This document shows positions 46,512-56,050 of a stretch of 64,000 nucleotides of DNA, piece by piece. Numbering within the stretch: position 1 is the stretch's first letter; each line of letters begins with the position of its first letter. The stretch lies in IMG/VR virus record IMGVR_UViG_3300020147_000065, positions 1-64,000 of that record; one strand, given 5' to 3'. The translations under genes were made by a program, and so were the position numbers. The notes under the pieces were generated by a model. The model had not been told where the DNA came from and did not search any database. It worked only from the letters and a program-made list of their open reading frames with translations.

Positions 46512-46660
46512 TTTTTCGTACCTTATAAGGGAAATGACATTCTTCCCATTCTTTAATTGTTGGTGGTGGACACGGCATCAGGATACCACCTTAATTAACC
46601 ATGTGGCTAATAAAAAACCAAGAATCAAACCACCAAGGAAAGCGCAGAAAACTATTCCTG

Positions 46661-47284
46661 TCAAGTTGGCCACCAACCCATGAAAATAATACCAATTTCC
46701 GCGTCTGACTCCAGTAAATTCTTGCGGACTCGATTGATTATCGGACAACCATAATTTTCAAGTTTAGGATCGAAGTGTGGGGTGTAAATATCGAGTCCGG
46801 TTATGATAACCCCAGGTTGAAGCATATCAAAGGCTTCAAGTAGATTATCACCAAAAACTTTAGTGTGTAACCGAGCACCATCAATATTCCAGGTGTCACG
46901 CATGATCTGATAGTCAACAATTTTACCATATTCATCGTGGATTTCTCGTAAATCCTGCTGATGCTCTGGATTCATTTCTGAGAAGAAATATTTTGTACCA
47001 TTAATATCTATTACTAATGGAAACTGTTGATTAGCTAAACCTTTTACGGGATTATGGCGAGGAGATAGTTTATCAGGAATTATTTGTGGAGGTTGAGTGA
47101 CCTCTGATACTTCTTCAATGTCATCTTCCAATTCCCATTCATCATCAGATAAATCTAATTCCTCTACCTCTTCAACAGAGGGAAGAGGCTTCAAAGCCTC
47201 TTCCGCATCGCTTATTTTAGCCGCCACTAAAGTAGCAGGAATAATCCCAAAAAGTCGTAAGAATCCACGTCTATTGATATTCAT
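46661..47284 (-). CDS. protein with twin-arginine-like N-terminus
   Basis: MNINRRGFLRLFGIIPATLVAA. Confidence 0.6.
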   Translation of the reverse strand: MNINRRGFLRLFGIIPATLVAAKISDAEEALKPLPSVEEVEELDLSDDEWELEDDIEEVSEVTQPPQIIPDKLSPRHNPVKGLANQQFPLVIDINGTKYFFSEMNPEHQQDLREIHDEYGKIVDYQIMRDTWNIDGARLHTKVFGDNLLEAFDMLQPGVIITGLDIYTPHFDPKLENYGCPIINRVRKNLLESDAEIGIIFMGWWPT

Positions 47285-47742
47285 TATGGTCCCTGTAAAA
47301 TTGGCGTTGGGTCATTCAATGCACTTACCGAATAAGTAAACATGTCATTATGGCCCTTCGCGTGTTCGATTGCCATTGGGATCAACCATTTGAGGTTGGG
47401 AACGGTTGGTTCTTTCTCTAAATTGGAAACTTCGATGAATGTAATCTTTTCATCGGTTAACGTCTCAAATTTATTCCAATCCTCTCTGACAACATAAAAG
47501 AAATATAATTCGGTTCCATGAGGAAAGTCTAATTTCATCAAGGGTTTCCATTCATCCCAGGGAATATTTAAACCACATTCCTCACGAACCTCTCTGGCTA
47601 CGGCATCAACAGCAAACTCGAAAGGTTCAATCTTGCCACCAATCCCATTTAATAAACCGGCTTGCCACGCCGGGCGATTCTTCTCCACCAGAGTTACTGC
47701 CTGTAATTCTGGTGAGAAGATAAATCCTACAACATACCGCAT
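47284..47742 (-). CDS. NUDIX hydrolase
   Basis: GGKIEPFEFAVDAVAREVREECGL Nudix box. Confidence 0.92.
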   Translation of the reverse strand: MRYVVGFIFSPELQAVTLVEKNRPAWQAGLLNGIGGKIEPFEFAVDAVAREVREECGLNIPWDEWKPLMKLDFPHGTELYFFYVVREDWNKFETLTDEKITFIEVSNLEKEPTVPNLKWLIPMAIEHAKGHNDMFTYSVSALNDPTPILQGP

Positions 47743-48497
47743 AAATCCTCCTTCATTGCTACCTGATAACGAGCCTTATTGATGAACGGAGTATAAGCAC
47801 TCAATAAAATGTTGTTAGCCAATTCATCATCAAACTTACGATCCATAAATTGAGATTCTTTAAATGCTTCATCAAACTTCTCGTAAGCATTTTCCATCAT
47901 TGTTTTTACTTCTTCTGGTTTAAAAGTAAGAGGGTTACACTTTAAATTCCAACAGATGTTCATGTGTCTCTTTGGTTTAACTGTGAATACCCCCGTGGTT
48001 AGCAGGTTAATAGCAGATTCCGAAAGTCGCATGACGTGATAAGCTGGTTTGTTAGCATATCCATATTTTGAAATCATTTCTGCTCTTGCTTTACCTTCTT
48101 CGGCTTTTCCACTCGCGTTAAAAACAGCCTGGATTTGATTTCTTAGATAACCATCAAACCCACCAGCAACCTTTCTAACATCTGTCAACCTTTCCCGATT
48201 GCGACGAACGACATCGAATAACGGTGTTGTTACCTCAAAAGCATCGTCCGGTGCCCATAGTGCTTCGAGAGCAGGTGTTGCTCCACCTTTTATTTTGGTA
48301 AGAAACTCACGAAGTTCAGAGTAATCTACATCCACCTCGCTGTTTTGCTTAACAAGATGTTTGTTTTGAGTATGTTCTATACCAAGTATTTTTGAAATTT
48401 CAGTATTGAGAAAAACACCACGTTCATCAATATCTGACTCAGGAGTAGCAAGACCATATAAATAGCTACCCCCTCGAAATTTAGCCAAGATAATCAT
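47727..48497 (-). CDS. nucleotidyltransferase (YcgL/RlaP-like)
   Basis: GGSYLYGLATPESDIDERGVF, ALEAL, AYHVMRL. Confidence 0.85.
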   Translation of the reverse strand: MIILAKFRGGSYLYGLATPESDIDERGVFLNTEISKILGIEHTQNKHLVKQNSEVDVDYSELREFLTKIKGGATPALEALWAPDDAFEVTTPLFDVVRRNRERLTDVRKVAGGFDGYLRNQIQAVFNASGKAEEGKARAEMISKYGYANKPAYHVMRLSESAINLLTTGVFTVKPKRHMNICWNLKCNPLTFKPEEVKTMMENAYEKFDEAFKESQFMDRKFDDELANNILLSAYTPFINKARYQVAMKEDLCGML

Positions 48498-48927
48498 TAT
48501 TAATCTTCTCCCTTATTTTCTTCTTATTGATACTCCATCCGTGTGCATCAAGATAATCAAGAGCAAGAGTAACATCAAGAACTCGTAAAAAATTGGCAGT
48601 AAATAGATACCACACAAGACCGAATACCACAGTGGTTTGAAACAATTCATTTCCACTGTGGCATCCTATCATATCAGCAGCTTGAAGTAAATGAATGACT
48701 CCAAACGCCAAAAACAACCATATAAACATGAAGAATGGAAATGTATTTTCATCACACATTCCAACCCACGGTTTAAAGCAACGAGCCTGAATATATGTTA
48801 GCCAGGAAGACTTGTCAATTTTATTCCTTGCTGACTCAAGCGACTTAACCATCAACTTCTCACGATTAGAGCAACCTACTTTCCTACCCAATAAGGCGCT
48901 CATACCGCTATGTGGAACGTAACGCAT
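48481..48927 (-). CDS. membrane protein
   Basis: two hydrophobic helices. Confidence 0.55.
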   Translation of the reverse strand: MRYVPHSGMSALLGRKVGCSNREKLMVKSLESARNKIDKSSWLTYIQARCFKPWVGMCDENTFPFFMFIWLFLAFGVIHLLQAADMIGCHSGNELFQTTVVFGLVWYLFTANFLRVLDVTLALDYLDAHGWSINKKKIREKINNDYLG

Positions 48928-48991
48928 GTCGTCCCCCCGTTTACTTCAATTTGCTTATATGACTATTTTGGTTTAGTAGCGTTCGACATCA

Positions 48992-49903
48992 TTACAAATC
49001 AGTATCGTCTGGTCGCTCCAAAGCTTCGCCAACTACTAACACTCCAGCAAAACCTTTTTCCTCGCACCATTGCTCAACCCTTGGCCATGTTGGTTGGTCG
49101 GCTCCTACTGGGCCGACCAGTTTAGCAAGTTGCATATCTGAATAATGGTAAAGATACATTCGGCGCTTTACTTCGGCAGGGAGAGAACATAACTCCTCAA
49201 CCGAAGCATGAACCAAACCCTTACCTTCAAACTGGCAATCGTGTAGGATAACGATGTTTTGTTCAGAAGCAAAAGCGACAATTAACGCCGGATCGAATTG
49301 AGTATCTCCACTGATGAACAATTCCTCATTCACTAAGAGTCCAGAAGACCACATATAATACTGAGACATTTTAGCCAAACCACGGGGTGGTGGTCCACCT
49401 GGTGTATGCTTGGTCTGAAATGCAAGAAGTTTAAACCCTTCCCATTCAATTCCGTAACATTCACGATAACTGGTAGGGTCACATTCCTGTCGCTCCATTC
49501 TAATTATCTCAGCGTAATCATCCAGATTGAGATAAGGAAATTCTGCTTTGTAAAGACCACCCTTCAAAGTTTCTTCCCAGAGAGGAGTAAGAATTGGTTC
49601 AGGAGCGAGAAGCTTGACACGCTTCTTCGCCATATAACGGGCAGCAAACAATACCTCACCAAAGCCATAGCAGTGGTCAGGATGTGTATGTGTAATGTAA
49701 TATGCATCGAAATCAGCGATGTTGATTCCATCGGACTTCAGCGCGTCAGGAACATTGGCACCACAATCCACCAGAATTGTCTTACCGTGGTAAGCCAGGA
49801 TAAAACTGCTGTTGGTCTGAGACGCGAACGCACTGCCGACGCCCACCGGAGTCACGATGAGTCGGTCTTCGCTATCAATGCGAATCTGCTCTAAAGTATT
49901 CAT
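48992..49903 (-). CDS. metallo-beta-lactamase fold hydrolase (RNase Z / cyclic-nucleotide phosphodiesterase-like)
   Basis: GVGSAF, ILVDCG, ITHTHPDHCYG, ISGDT, LHDC, YLYHY; start at ATG 49903 behind promoter. Confidence 0.88.
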   Translation of the reverse strand: MNTLEQIRIDSEDRLIVTPVGVGSAFASQTNSSFILAYHGKTILVDCGANVPDALKSDGINIADFDAYYITHTHPDHCYGFGEVLFAARYMAKKRVKLLAPEPILTPLWEETLKGGLYKAEFPYLNLDDYAEIIRMERQECDPTSYRECYGIEWEGFKLLAFQTKHTPGGPPPRGLAKMSQYYMWSSGLLVNEELFISGDTQFDPALIVAFASEQNIVILHDCQFEGKGLVHASVEELCSLPAEVKRRMYLYHYSDMQLAKLVGPVGADQPTWPRVEQWCEEKGFAGVLVVGEALERPDDTDL

Positions 49904-49913
49904 CTTGGTTGTA

Positions 49914-49942
49914 ATTATACACGAACCCAAGAGGTATGTCAA
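49914..49942 (-). promoter_or_regulatory. consensus sigma70 promoter, near-leaderless
   Basis: TTGACA-17-TATAAT on minus strand, 10 nt before ATG 49903. Confidence 0.85.
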
Positions 49943-49945
49943 GAC

Positions 49946-50524
49946 ATGGAGAAAAGAATTCCTGAAGTCTCTGATGCAAGAGCACATTGTCCCAATCCGG
50001 GGGCATGGAATTGTTATGATGGTATGTCTTCGGAAATCGAAGTCATTGATTTTTTAGGCGCTCTAACACGCTTAATCAAACCCCAGCTTATCGTTGAAAC
50101 CGGCACTTTTCATGGGAGAAGTACACTCTCTATGGCAATGGCACTTAGAGAAAACGGATTCGGAAGGCTCTACTCGCTTGATGTTGATCCAGAAAGCATT
50201 AAAATTGCCTCAGAAAGATGTCAAGATTATCCCGAAGCTGAAATTTTACAGCGTTCATCGCTCGATTATGAACCAGTTGGAAAAATTAATCTTCTTTTTT
50301 GTGACAGTGAATTACATCTGAGAGCAACAGAGATACTACATTTTCTCCCGTGGATGGATGAAAGAAGTATCATAGCTGTGCATGACACAGGTAATCATCG
50401 CCCAAGACCACTCAACGATCTTGAAAAGCTAAGAAACGATGGTGTTGCTAACCTGATTCACTTCGACACACCTCGTGGCTTATCTCTTTTACAACTAAGA
50501 CCGGGTTACGGAGGAAGAAAATAA
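49946..50524 (+). CDS. class I SAM-dependent methyltransferase (Methyltransf_24-like)
   Basis: IVETGTFHGRST, LYSLDVD, LLFCDS, IAVHDT. Confidence 0.85.
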   Translation: MEKRIPEVSDARAHCPNPGAWNCYDGMSSEIEVIDFLGALTRLIKPQLIVETGTFHGRSTLSMAMALRENGFGRLYSLDVDPESIKIASERCQDYPEAEILQRSSLDYEPVGKINLLFCDSELHLRATEILHFLPWMDERSIIAVHDTGNHRPRPLNDLEKLRNDGVANLIHFDTPRGLSLLQLRPGYGGRK

Positions 50525-50556
50525 AAAAGCCCCGCAGGGTTGCTCTGCGGGGCTTT
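50523..50556 (+). terminator. intrinsic terminator
   Basis: AAAAGCCCGCAG / CTGCGGGGCTTTT stem with one extra G. Confidence 0.75.
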
Positions 50557-50849
50557 TGGTTCGAAGGACACCGGGCCTGGGGATTATGGCCTTTTACTTT
50601 GGTGTGAACCTTGAGGACGGATTTTGTTATATGAGGCTAACTCGGCAACCAACAAAGAGTAAACATCGTTGCTGTCTTCACCGCCTCAAATTCCAGAATC
50701 AAAAAAGTCACACTGGTTCCAATCTAAACCTGAGAGTCTTGAGTCAAAAATCTTCGTCACTTGCCACAAATCTCCAAACTTTGCACAATTAGTCACATGT
50801 GTTGTTAATGAGTGTTAAACTTATGGAGAAACTAAGAAAGGGAAGAAGA

Positions 50850-51587
50850 ATGAATTTCAGAGAAGCTAAGAAGATATGCGTGAATATCACCGCTTCCTAT
50901 GAAGGTACTGGATACGACAGAGTTGTAGGTAACTTCGATGGGCAAGGTTTCACGTTCGGACTCTTTGGTTTTTGCTTAGGACAAGGCTCCCTTCAGAGCC
51001 TTGTGCGAAAGATGCATAACAAGAATCCAGAGAAATTTAGTAACGCTTGTACAGTTTTTGTACCTCACTACGGAAAGCACATGAATTTGGCTGCTACATT
51101 GCTTGAGGCGTGTACTCTGTCACCCTCTCAAGCTGTAGAATGGGCTAAAGACAGGCAAAAGAATAACGTCCCCGACCCCCAGTGGAAGGCGGTATTTTCA
51201 AATTTAGGTAACATATCTGAGTTCAGAGAAGTTCAGATAGAAGCGGTTCAACCACGCTTCATTAGGGCCAGAGACTACTGTGTGAAATATAAGATGCCCA
51301 CAGTTCGTGCTCTGGCTTTGTTCTTTGACTGCACCATTCAACAAGGGAGTCTTAAAGCTGCAACCACCGCAAAGATAGCATTTCGATCTCTATCAGCCAA
51401 AAATTACAAAGAGCGAATGACAATCATCGCTCAAGAGATGGCTAATCAGGCTAACCCTAAGTGGAGACAAGATGTTCTTTCTCGTAGGATGGCGATAGTT
51501 CGTGGTTGGGGTACCGTCCACGGGAGACAGTATTTCCTTGATCGTGAATTTGATTTGTCAGATTCGGAGGTAGATTTCAATGGATAA
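50850..51587 (+). CDS. lysozyme-like fold protein, putative endolysin/peptidoglycan hydrolase
   Basis: YEG...GNFDGQGFTFG..FCLGQGSL and ALFFDCTIQQG motifs of chitosanase/lysozyme-like proteins. Confidence 0.6.
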   Translation: MNFREAKKICVNITASYEGTGYDRVVGNFDGQGFTFGLFGFCLGQGSLQSLVRKMHNKNPEKFSNACTVFVPHYGKHMNLAATLLEACTLSPSQAVEWAKDRQKNNVPDPQWKAVFSNLGNISEFREVQIEAVQPRFIRARDYCVKYKMPTVRALALFFDCTIQQGSLKAATTAKIAFRSLSAKNYKERMTIIAQEMANQANPKWRQDVLSRRMAIVRGWGTVHGRQYFLDREFDLSDSEVDFNG

Positions 51588-51900
51588 ATGGATTGGTTTA
51601 GCGAAAGAGGCGGAATCAAGACTGATGAATACGCCTGAATTTTTAGACGAACTCTGGCTTTGTTCATATACATTTCTCGCTTTGGTATCTTTACTAGCCA
51701 ATGAAGCTGGGATTGTGAAGCATGACAGTTGGACTGCCGATTTGCTAACAAACCCTGACCTAAAATTTGGCCCGGAATGGCCATACACCAGAGAAGATAT
51801 GAGTCGAGCAGTGTTGGTGCGCGAACGTGCTGCCCGAATTAATCAGGAATGGCTTCGATTCTGTGAAAAGAACGAACTAACTAATTTGGTTGACCTCTAA
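51580..51900 (+). CDS. hypothetical protein
   Basis: GGAGG RBS. Confidence 0.6.
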   Translation: MDKWIGLAKEAESRLMNTPEFLDELWLCSYTFLALVSLLANEAGIVKHDSWTADLLTNPDLKFGPEWPYTREDMSRAVLVRERAARINQEWLRFCEKNELTNLVDL

Positions 51901-51903
51901 CCC

Positions 51904-51932
51904 TTGACGCAGGATGGCAGAAATGCTATAAT
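51904..51932 (+). promoter_or_regulatory. sigma70-type leaderless promoter
   Basis: TTGACG-17-TATAAT; ATG at 51940. Confidence 0.8.
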
Positions 51933-51939
51933 GCTGAAT

Positions 51940-52248
51940 ATGAACGAATTAGCTTTGACTTGCTTGATTTTATTTATCATGGGTGCATTGTGGGTTATTT
52001 TCAATACATTGCTTCAATACTTCGTGCTCAAAAAAGAGACACTTGGTATATTTTTAGTGGCTATATTGATTGGTTATATGTGGCCAGGAATTGCTTTTAT
52101 GTCTGTGAGTACCGTATTCACCAAAGGGGCGGACACGATTAGTGTACTTTTTATGTCCTTTGCTTTAGGTTATGCTTTCGCTATGGTAGCGGTACAAAAA
52201 ATTAATCTTGATAAAACGGTAGAGGTTCCCCGTGATCGTCGCTCTTAA
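51940..52248 (+). CDS. three-TM membrane protein
   Basis: hydrophobic helices; start reset behind promoter. Confidence 0.65.
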   Translation: MNELALTCLILFIMGALWVIFNTLLQYFVLKKETLGIFLVAILIGYMWPGIAFMSVSTVFTKGADTISVLFMSFALGYAFAMVAVQKINLDKTVEVPRDRRS

Positions 52249-52669
52249 ACATCCTGATGGTGATTACCTGTTGTTCGACGATCCTTCGGGATCGTCGGAC
52301 GGTAAGACATATCAACACAAGGACAAAATAAAAGCTGCCGGTGGCAAATGGGACGGCACCCGATGGAGAGTCCCAAGCGTCGAGAAATTATCCTTTGTGG
52401 AGAAGTTGTTCGACGTGGAAGTATCAGCCTTCTGTCATATGCCACCACAGGATTATGTTGCAACTGCTTCTGAGGTAAAAAAGAAATCTTTGAAGCTAAC
52501 ATGTTGGGGTTGCGAAAAGAAGCCTAACAAAGGCTTCGTTAAAATAGTGAAGGTTATAGGTGAATCGGTAATTCTCCGACCTGACAATCCACCACAAGAA
52601 GTCAAGCCGGAACCAGAGGATGACTTTCTAACCTCTGATTCACCAAAAGAGTCTGTAGATTTGTGGTAA
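52232..52669 (+). CDS. protein with DUF5710-like domain
   Basis: TYQHKDKIKAAGGKWDG..W. Confidence 0.55.
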   Translation: MIVALKHPDGDYLLFDDPSGSSDGKTYQHKDKIKAAGGKWDGTRWRVPSVEKLSFVEKLFDVEVSAFCHMPPQDYVATASEVKKKSLKLTCWGCEKKPNKGFVKIVKVIGESVILRPDNPPQEVKPEPEDDFLTSDSPKESVDLW

Positions 52670-52965
52670 AGGGTGATCCTATGAAACTGAAAGTTTGGCA
52701 ACCAATTGACCTTGAAGTAAACTGCACACCTGAAGAATTTGTTGATCTCATTGCTGAGATTAGAGATCAATGGGATATTGGACCAGAAGAACCAATTTCT
52801 TTCTCTGATGTTCTTACTTATGGAGCAAAACTTGGCTATGTTACTAATTGTCCACCGGGTTTCTTCATAATGGACAAAGAATTTAAAGGTGTAGCCACAG
52901 AGGAAGAGTTGATTGAGGCCCACGCACTTGATAGGCTCGTGGGAGGTAATCTGCGGCTATGCTAA
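52663..52965 (+). CDS. hypothetical protein
   Basis: coupled ORF. Confidence 0.6.
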   Translation: MVKGDPMKLKVWQPIDLEVNCTPEEFVDLIAEIRDQWDIGPEEPISFSDVLTYGAKLGYVTNCPPGFFIMDKEFKGVATEEELIEAHALDRLVGGNLRLC

Positions 52966-54530
52966 AAGGCACCGAATACGTTGGAATTACAGAAAGAAAA
53001 TGGGGCGAGGTAGCGCAAGCATACCTCGCCTCTATTGTTGAATCCTCCAGTGATGCCATCTTTTCTACATCAAAAGATGGGGTAATTACCACATGGAATG
53101 CTGCCGCACAGCAAATTTTTGGTTATAGTAACCATGAAATTTTAGGTTATCCTGTATCATCCATCATTCCAGAGGGTCATCATATTAATCTGGAAGACAT
53201 TTACGGTGAAATAGTCAATGAAAACAAATCTGTAAGTTATGAATCCTTCATAATGCACAAAAACAAAACTCTTGTGCCAGTATGGATAACTCTATCACCA
53301 ATACGTGATGTTCACGGTAGTATAATTGGTGTCTCTGGTATTGTTCGTGATATGAGCCATCAAAAGAAACTGGAATCAGCTATCGCGGCTATTCACAGAA
53401 CCTTTCAACTGGCTCTATCGGCTTCACCTGACGCTATTTTAATTACAAATCAAGATGGCTGCATCACATACTGGAATGATGGTGCTGCTAATCTATTTGG
53501 TTACCAAGAAAAGGATATTCTTGGCCGACCTGTGAGCCAACTATTACCAAAAGAAACCGCAAGTAAATATGAAGGATGTATCAATAAGATGCTTGATAGC
53601 GGCTTCCCTGATGGAAGCCGCAAAATGGTTGAGATAACGGCCAAAAAGAAAGATGATACATTCTTTCCGGCTGAGGCTTCAATAGCTGTTCTTGATACTG
53701 AGTACGGTAGGCTTTGCTGTGCAATTATTCGTGATATAACAGATCGCTTGAGACAGGAAGAAAAGCTTGTTAAGACTAACGAGGAGATGCAAACCAACTT
53801 AATTCTTGCCCGAAAGGTTCAAGAAGCATTGCTTCCATCCGCCGAAGTTAAACATGAACGTTTTAAATCTTTGACAGTAGCATCAAAATATATTCCTGCT
53901 TCCGACCTTGGAGGGGATTTCTTTGTTTGCCTACCAGTTAAACAAGACACCTTAGGTATCTTTGTTGGTGATGTAATGGGTCACGGAGTTCGTTCTGCCC
54001 TTCTTACTTCAATGCTTTATGCTCTTGTTGAAGAACTTAGTCCAGAAGAAAAAGACCCTTCAATTTTCATGACTCACCTTAATCGTAGCTTCACTCATAT
54101 CATGGAGAAGACCAGTTGTAATATCTTTGCGTCTGGAGTATATGCTCAATTAAATACTACAAACAATATTGCCACAGTAGTAAGTGCTGGGCATCCTGCG
54201 CCGGTAAGGGTTTCAAAAGATGGTAAGGCTGTCTTCCTACGACCATCAGATAATTCTCCTGCTCTCGGTTTAATTAATGATTGGGTATATGGTGGATTAT
54301 CTATAAATTATGAACCTGGTGATAAATTTGTCTTTTACACAGACGGATTAACCGAAGTTGATCCCTCCCGTGGTAAGATTCTCCCTGATGTTGGTTTATT
54401 GGAGTTAATCTCGACCAATGCTAACTTAAAAGCATCTGCATTACTCGAAAGATTACTGGAAGTCTCCAACAAAATGTCTTCTAATGATGAGAGACACGAT
54501 GATATTTGCCTTCTGGCTGTAGAAACTTAG
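52959..54530 (+). CDS. PAS-PAS-PP2C (SpoIIE/RsbU-like) serine phosphatase
   Basis: two PAS/PAC domains (SSSDAI...WNAAAQQIFGY; SPDAIL...WNDGAANLFGY); PP2C LGGDFF, VGDVMGHG, SAGHP, YTDGLTE, DDICLL. Confidence 0.92.
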   Translation: MLKGTEYVGITERKWGEVAQAYLASIVESSSDAIFSTSKDGVITTWNAAAQQIFGYSNHEILGYPVSSIIPEGHHINLEDIYGEIVNENKSVSYESFIMHKNKTLVPVWITLSPIRDVHGSIIGVSGIVRDMSHQKKLESAIAAIHRTFQLALSASPDAILITNQDGCITYWNDGAANLFGYQEKDILGRPVSQLLPKETASKYEGCINKMLDSGFPDGSRKMVEITAKKKDDTFFPAEASIAVLDTEYGRLCCAIIRDITDRLRQEEKLVKTNEEMQTNLILARKVQEALLPSAEVKHERFKSLTVASKYIPASDLGGDFFVCLPVKQDTLGIFVGDVMGHGVRSALLTSMLYALVEELSPEEKDPSIFMTHLNRSFTHIMEKTSCNIFASGVYAQLNTTNNIATVVSAGHPAPVRVSKDGKAVFLRPSDNSPALGLINDWVYGGLSINYEPGDKFVFYTDGLTEVDPSRGKILPDVGLLELISTNANLKASALLERLLEVSNKMSSNDERHDDICLLAVET

Positions 54531-54559
54531 GAAATTTTAAGAATTTTTCCGAAAACCTC

Positions 54560-54588
54560 TTGACAAACGGGAACGAGTGGTGTACAAT
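54560..54588 (+). promoter_or_regulatory. sigma70-type promoter
   Basis: TTGACA-17-TACAAT. Confidence 0.8.
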
Positions 54589-54604
54589 ATACATCAATAC
54601 GGCT

Positions 54605-55756
54605 ATGAAACGCACAAACATCTACCTTTCAGACGACCAAAACCGCGAATTAGAAATTCTTGCGAAAGCAGGAGTCTCTTCTGCGGAACATGTCCGCCGC
54701 GCGGTGGATGCTTATCTGCAAAGGCCACACATCAGGAGACAATTAGAAATGTCAACAACAGGCGCAACGCGCACCATCCCGTCCCGTCAATCGGCTCAAT
54801 TAGGCCCACTGACCGTTGTTTTCCATCGTACCATTCGTGTACCACAGGGAAACACTCCGTCCTCTTTACCACCAAGTCGTGGTACTTTTCCTGTCTACAA
54901 GGTTTCTGATCTGGGTTCACTTGCTCTTCCACAGTGGGATCGTGAAGGTTACGTGATTCCTATCAAGGAAACCGAAGCAATGTGGATGGCATTCTCATGT
55001 GCATGGGACAAGCAACCCGTTGCTGTCGCCATCGGTGCTGGTGGAATCAACGCTGTCTCTGGTGAGAAGATGAGCAGGAAGCTTCAAGAGGATGGATATT
55101 TAGTAACTCCACCTCAACCCTGGCTTGATGGGTTTAAGTCACCAGATGGTCATGTTTATCAGTTTGTGGGAACAGAACATAAGGGCGGCGAAGGTCATAC
55201 CGTAGCCGAACAGATTATCGGTGAAGAGTCGGTTTCTGGCGGTCTTGCTTTCTCTGTTTATGAAGCAAAGGAGGGCGCCATTGTTGTTCCCAAACCCTCA
55301 ACACATCTTGAATGCTTTACTATGTCTATGGATAGTGACATTAAAAGTTTCTCTCCGGCAGCAGCATCTTTATCTTCGTCTCCAAGACGTATGAGAATGA
55401 TGCGTGGTAATGAATACAGTCAACCAGACGTTCAGAAATGTGCAACGCGTGGGCCTGTGGAAATGGGTCTTGGACGTGGTGGAGCTATCGAACAGAAGGT
55501 TTATCCTGATCCTCACGGATTATCCGCGTGGAAGGCCGAACCATCTGCTGTTGCTGTAGTATATCTTATTAGTGAACGTGAGTTTAATGCTCTTCTTGGG
55601 CTACCCACGGGTGACGTTGCTTCTACAGACAATACTTCTGGACCATACTTCAAAACTCAGGATAAACATCTTGCCGACACAGAAGGCAGCGAGAAATTCG
55701 AGAAAGTCAAAGCTGTTCCAGTCGGTGCGAAAGCTAAGCTCTTTCCGGGTGACTAA
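54605..55756 (+). CDS. ribbon-helix-helix domain fused to a conserved uncharacterised domain
   Basis: MKRTNIYLSDDQ...SAEHVRRAVDAYL (RHH); FHRTIRVP, LPPSRGTFP, EAMW, PQPWLDG, TVAEQ..GEE..GG; internal AGGAG + ATG 54749. Confidence 0.75.
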   Translation: MKRTNIYLSDDQNRELEILAKAGVSSAEHVRRAVDAYLQRPHIRRQLEMSTTGATRTIPSRQSAQLGPLTVVFHRTIRVPQGNTPSSLPPSRGTFPVYKVSDLGSLALPQWDREGYVIPIKETEAMWMAFSCAWDKQPVAVAIGAGGINAVSGEKMSRKLQEDGYLVTPPQPWLDGFKSPDGHVYQFVGTEHKGGEGHTVAEQIIGEESVSGGLAFSVYEAKEGAIVVPKPSTHLECFTMSMDSDIKSFSPAAASLSSSPRRMRMMRGNEYSQPDVQKCATRGPVEMGLGRGGAIEQKVYPDPHGLSAWKAEPSAVAVVYLISEREFNALLGLPTGDVASTDNTSGPYFKTQDKHLADTEGSEKFEKVKAVPVGAKAKLFPGD

Positions 55757-55791
55757 ATGATAGTCGAAATAAACGTGGTCATCAAAAATAC

Positions 55792-56049
55792 TTGTTTGTT
55801 CGATGTAATAATTGCGGATTTCAAGTACCAATAGGGTTAATGACCAAATATTTCGCTTTTGACTTCAAAATACTCGACGAAGATGGTAGTCCACCACCAC
55901 TACCCGAACAACAAGAACACTTCTGTGGCAACGGCTATGGATGTGCTGAAAAAGAAAACCTCCCCGTCAAGGGAGGTTTTCTTATTTTGTCTGGTGCTTG
56001 TCATGCCATCGTGCGTCAGAACCCTATATTGAAAGCACAGGGGTTATAA
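55792..56049 (+). CDS. small zinc-binding protein
   Basis: CNNC...HFCG...C; start uncertain. Confidence 0.5.
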   Translation: MFVRCNNCGFQVPIGLMTKYFAFDFKILDEDGSPPPLPEQQEHFCGNGYGCAEKENLPVKGGFLILSGACHAIVRQNPILKAQGL

Positions 56050-56050
56050 T

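Noticed and set aside
54506-54604. N-terminal extension of the RHH fusion given in the ORF track
   Set aside because: It spans the promoter; ATG 54605 begins the RHH fold.
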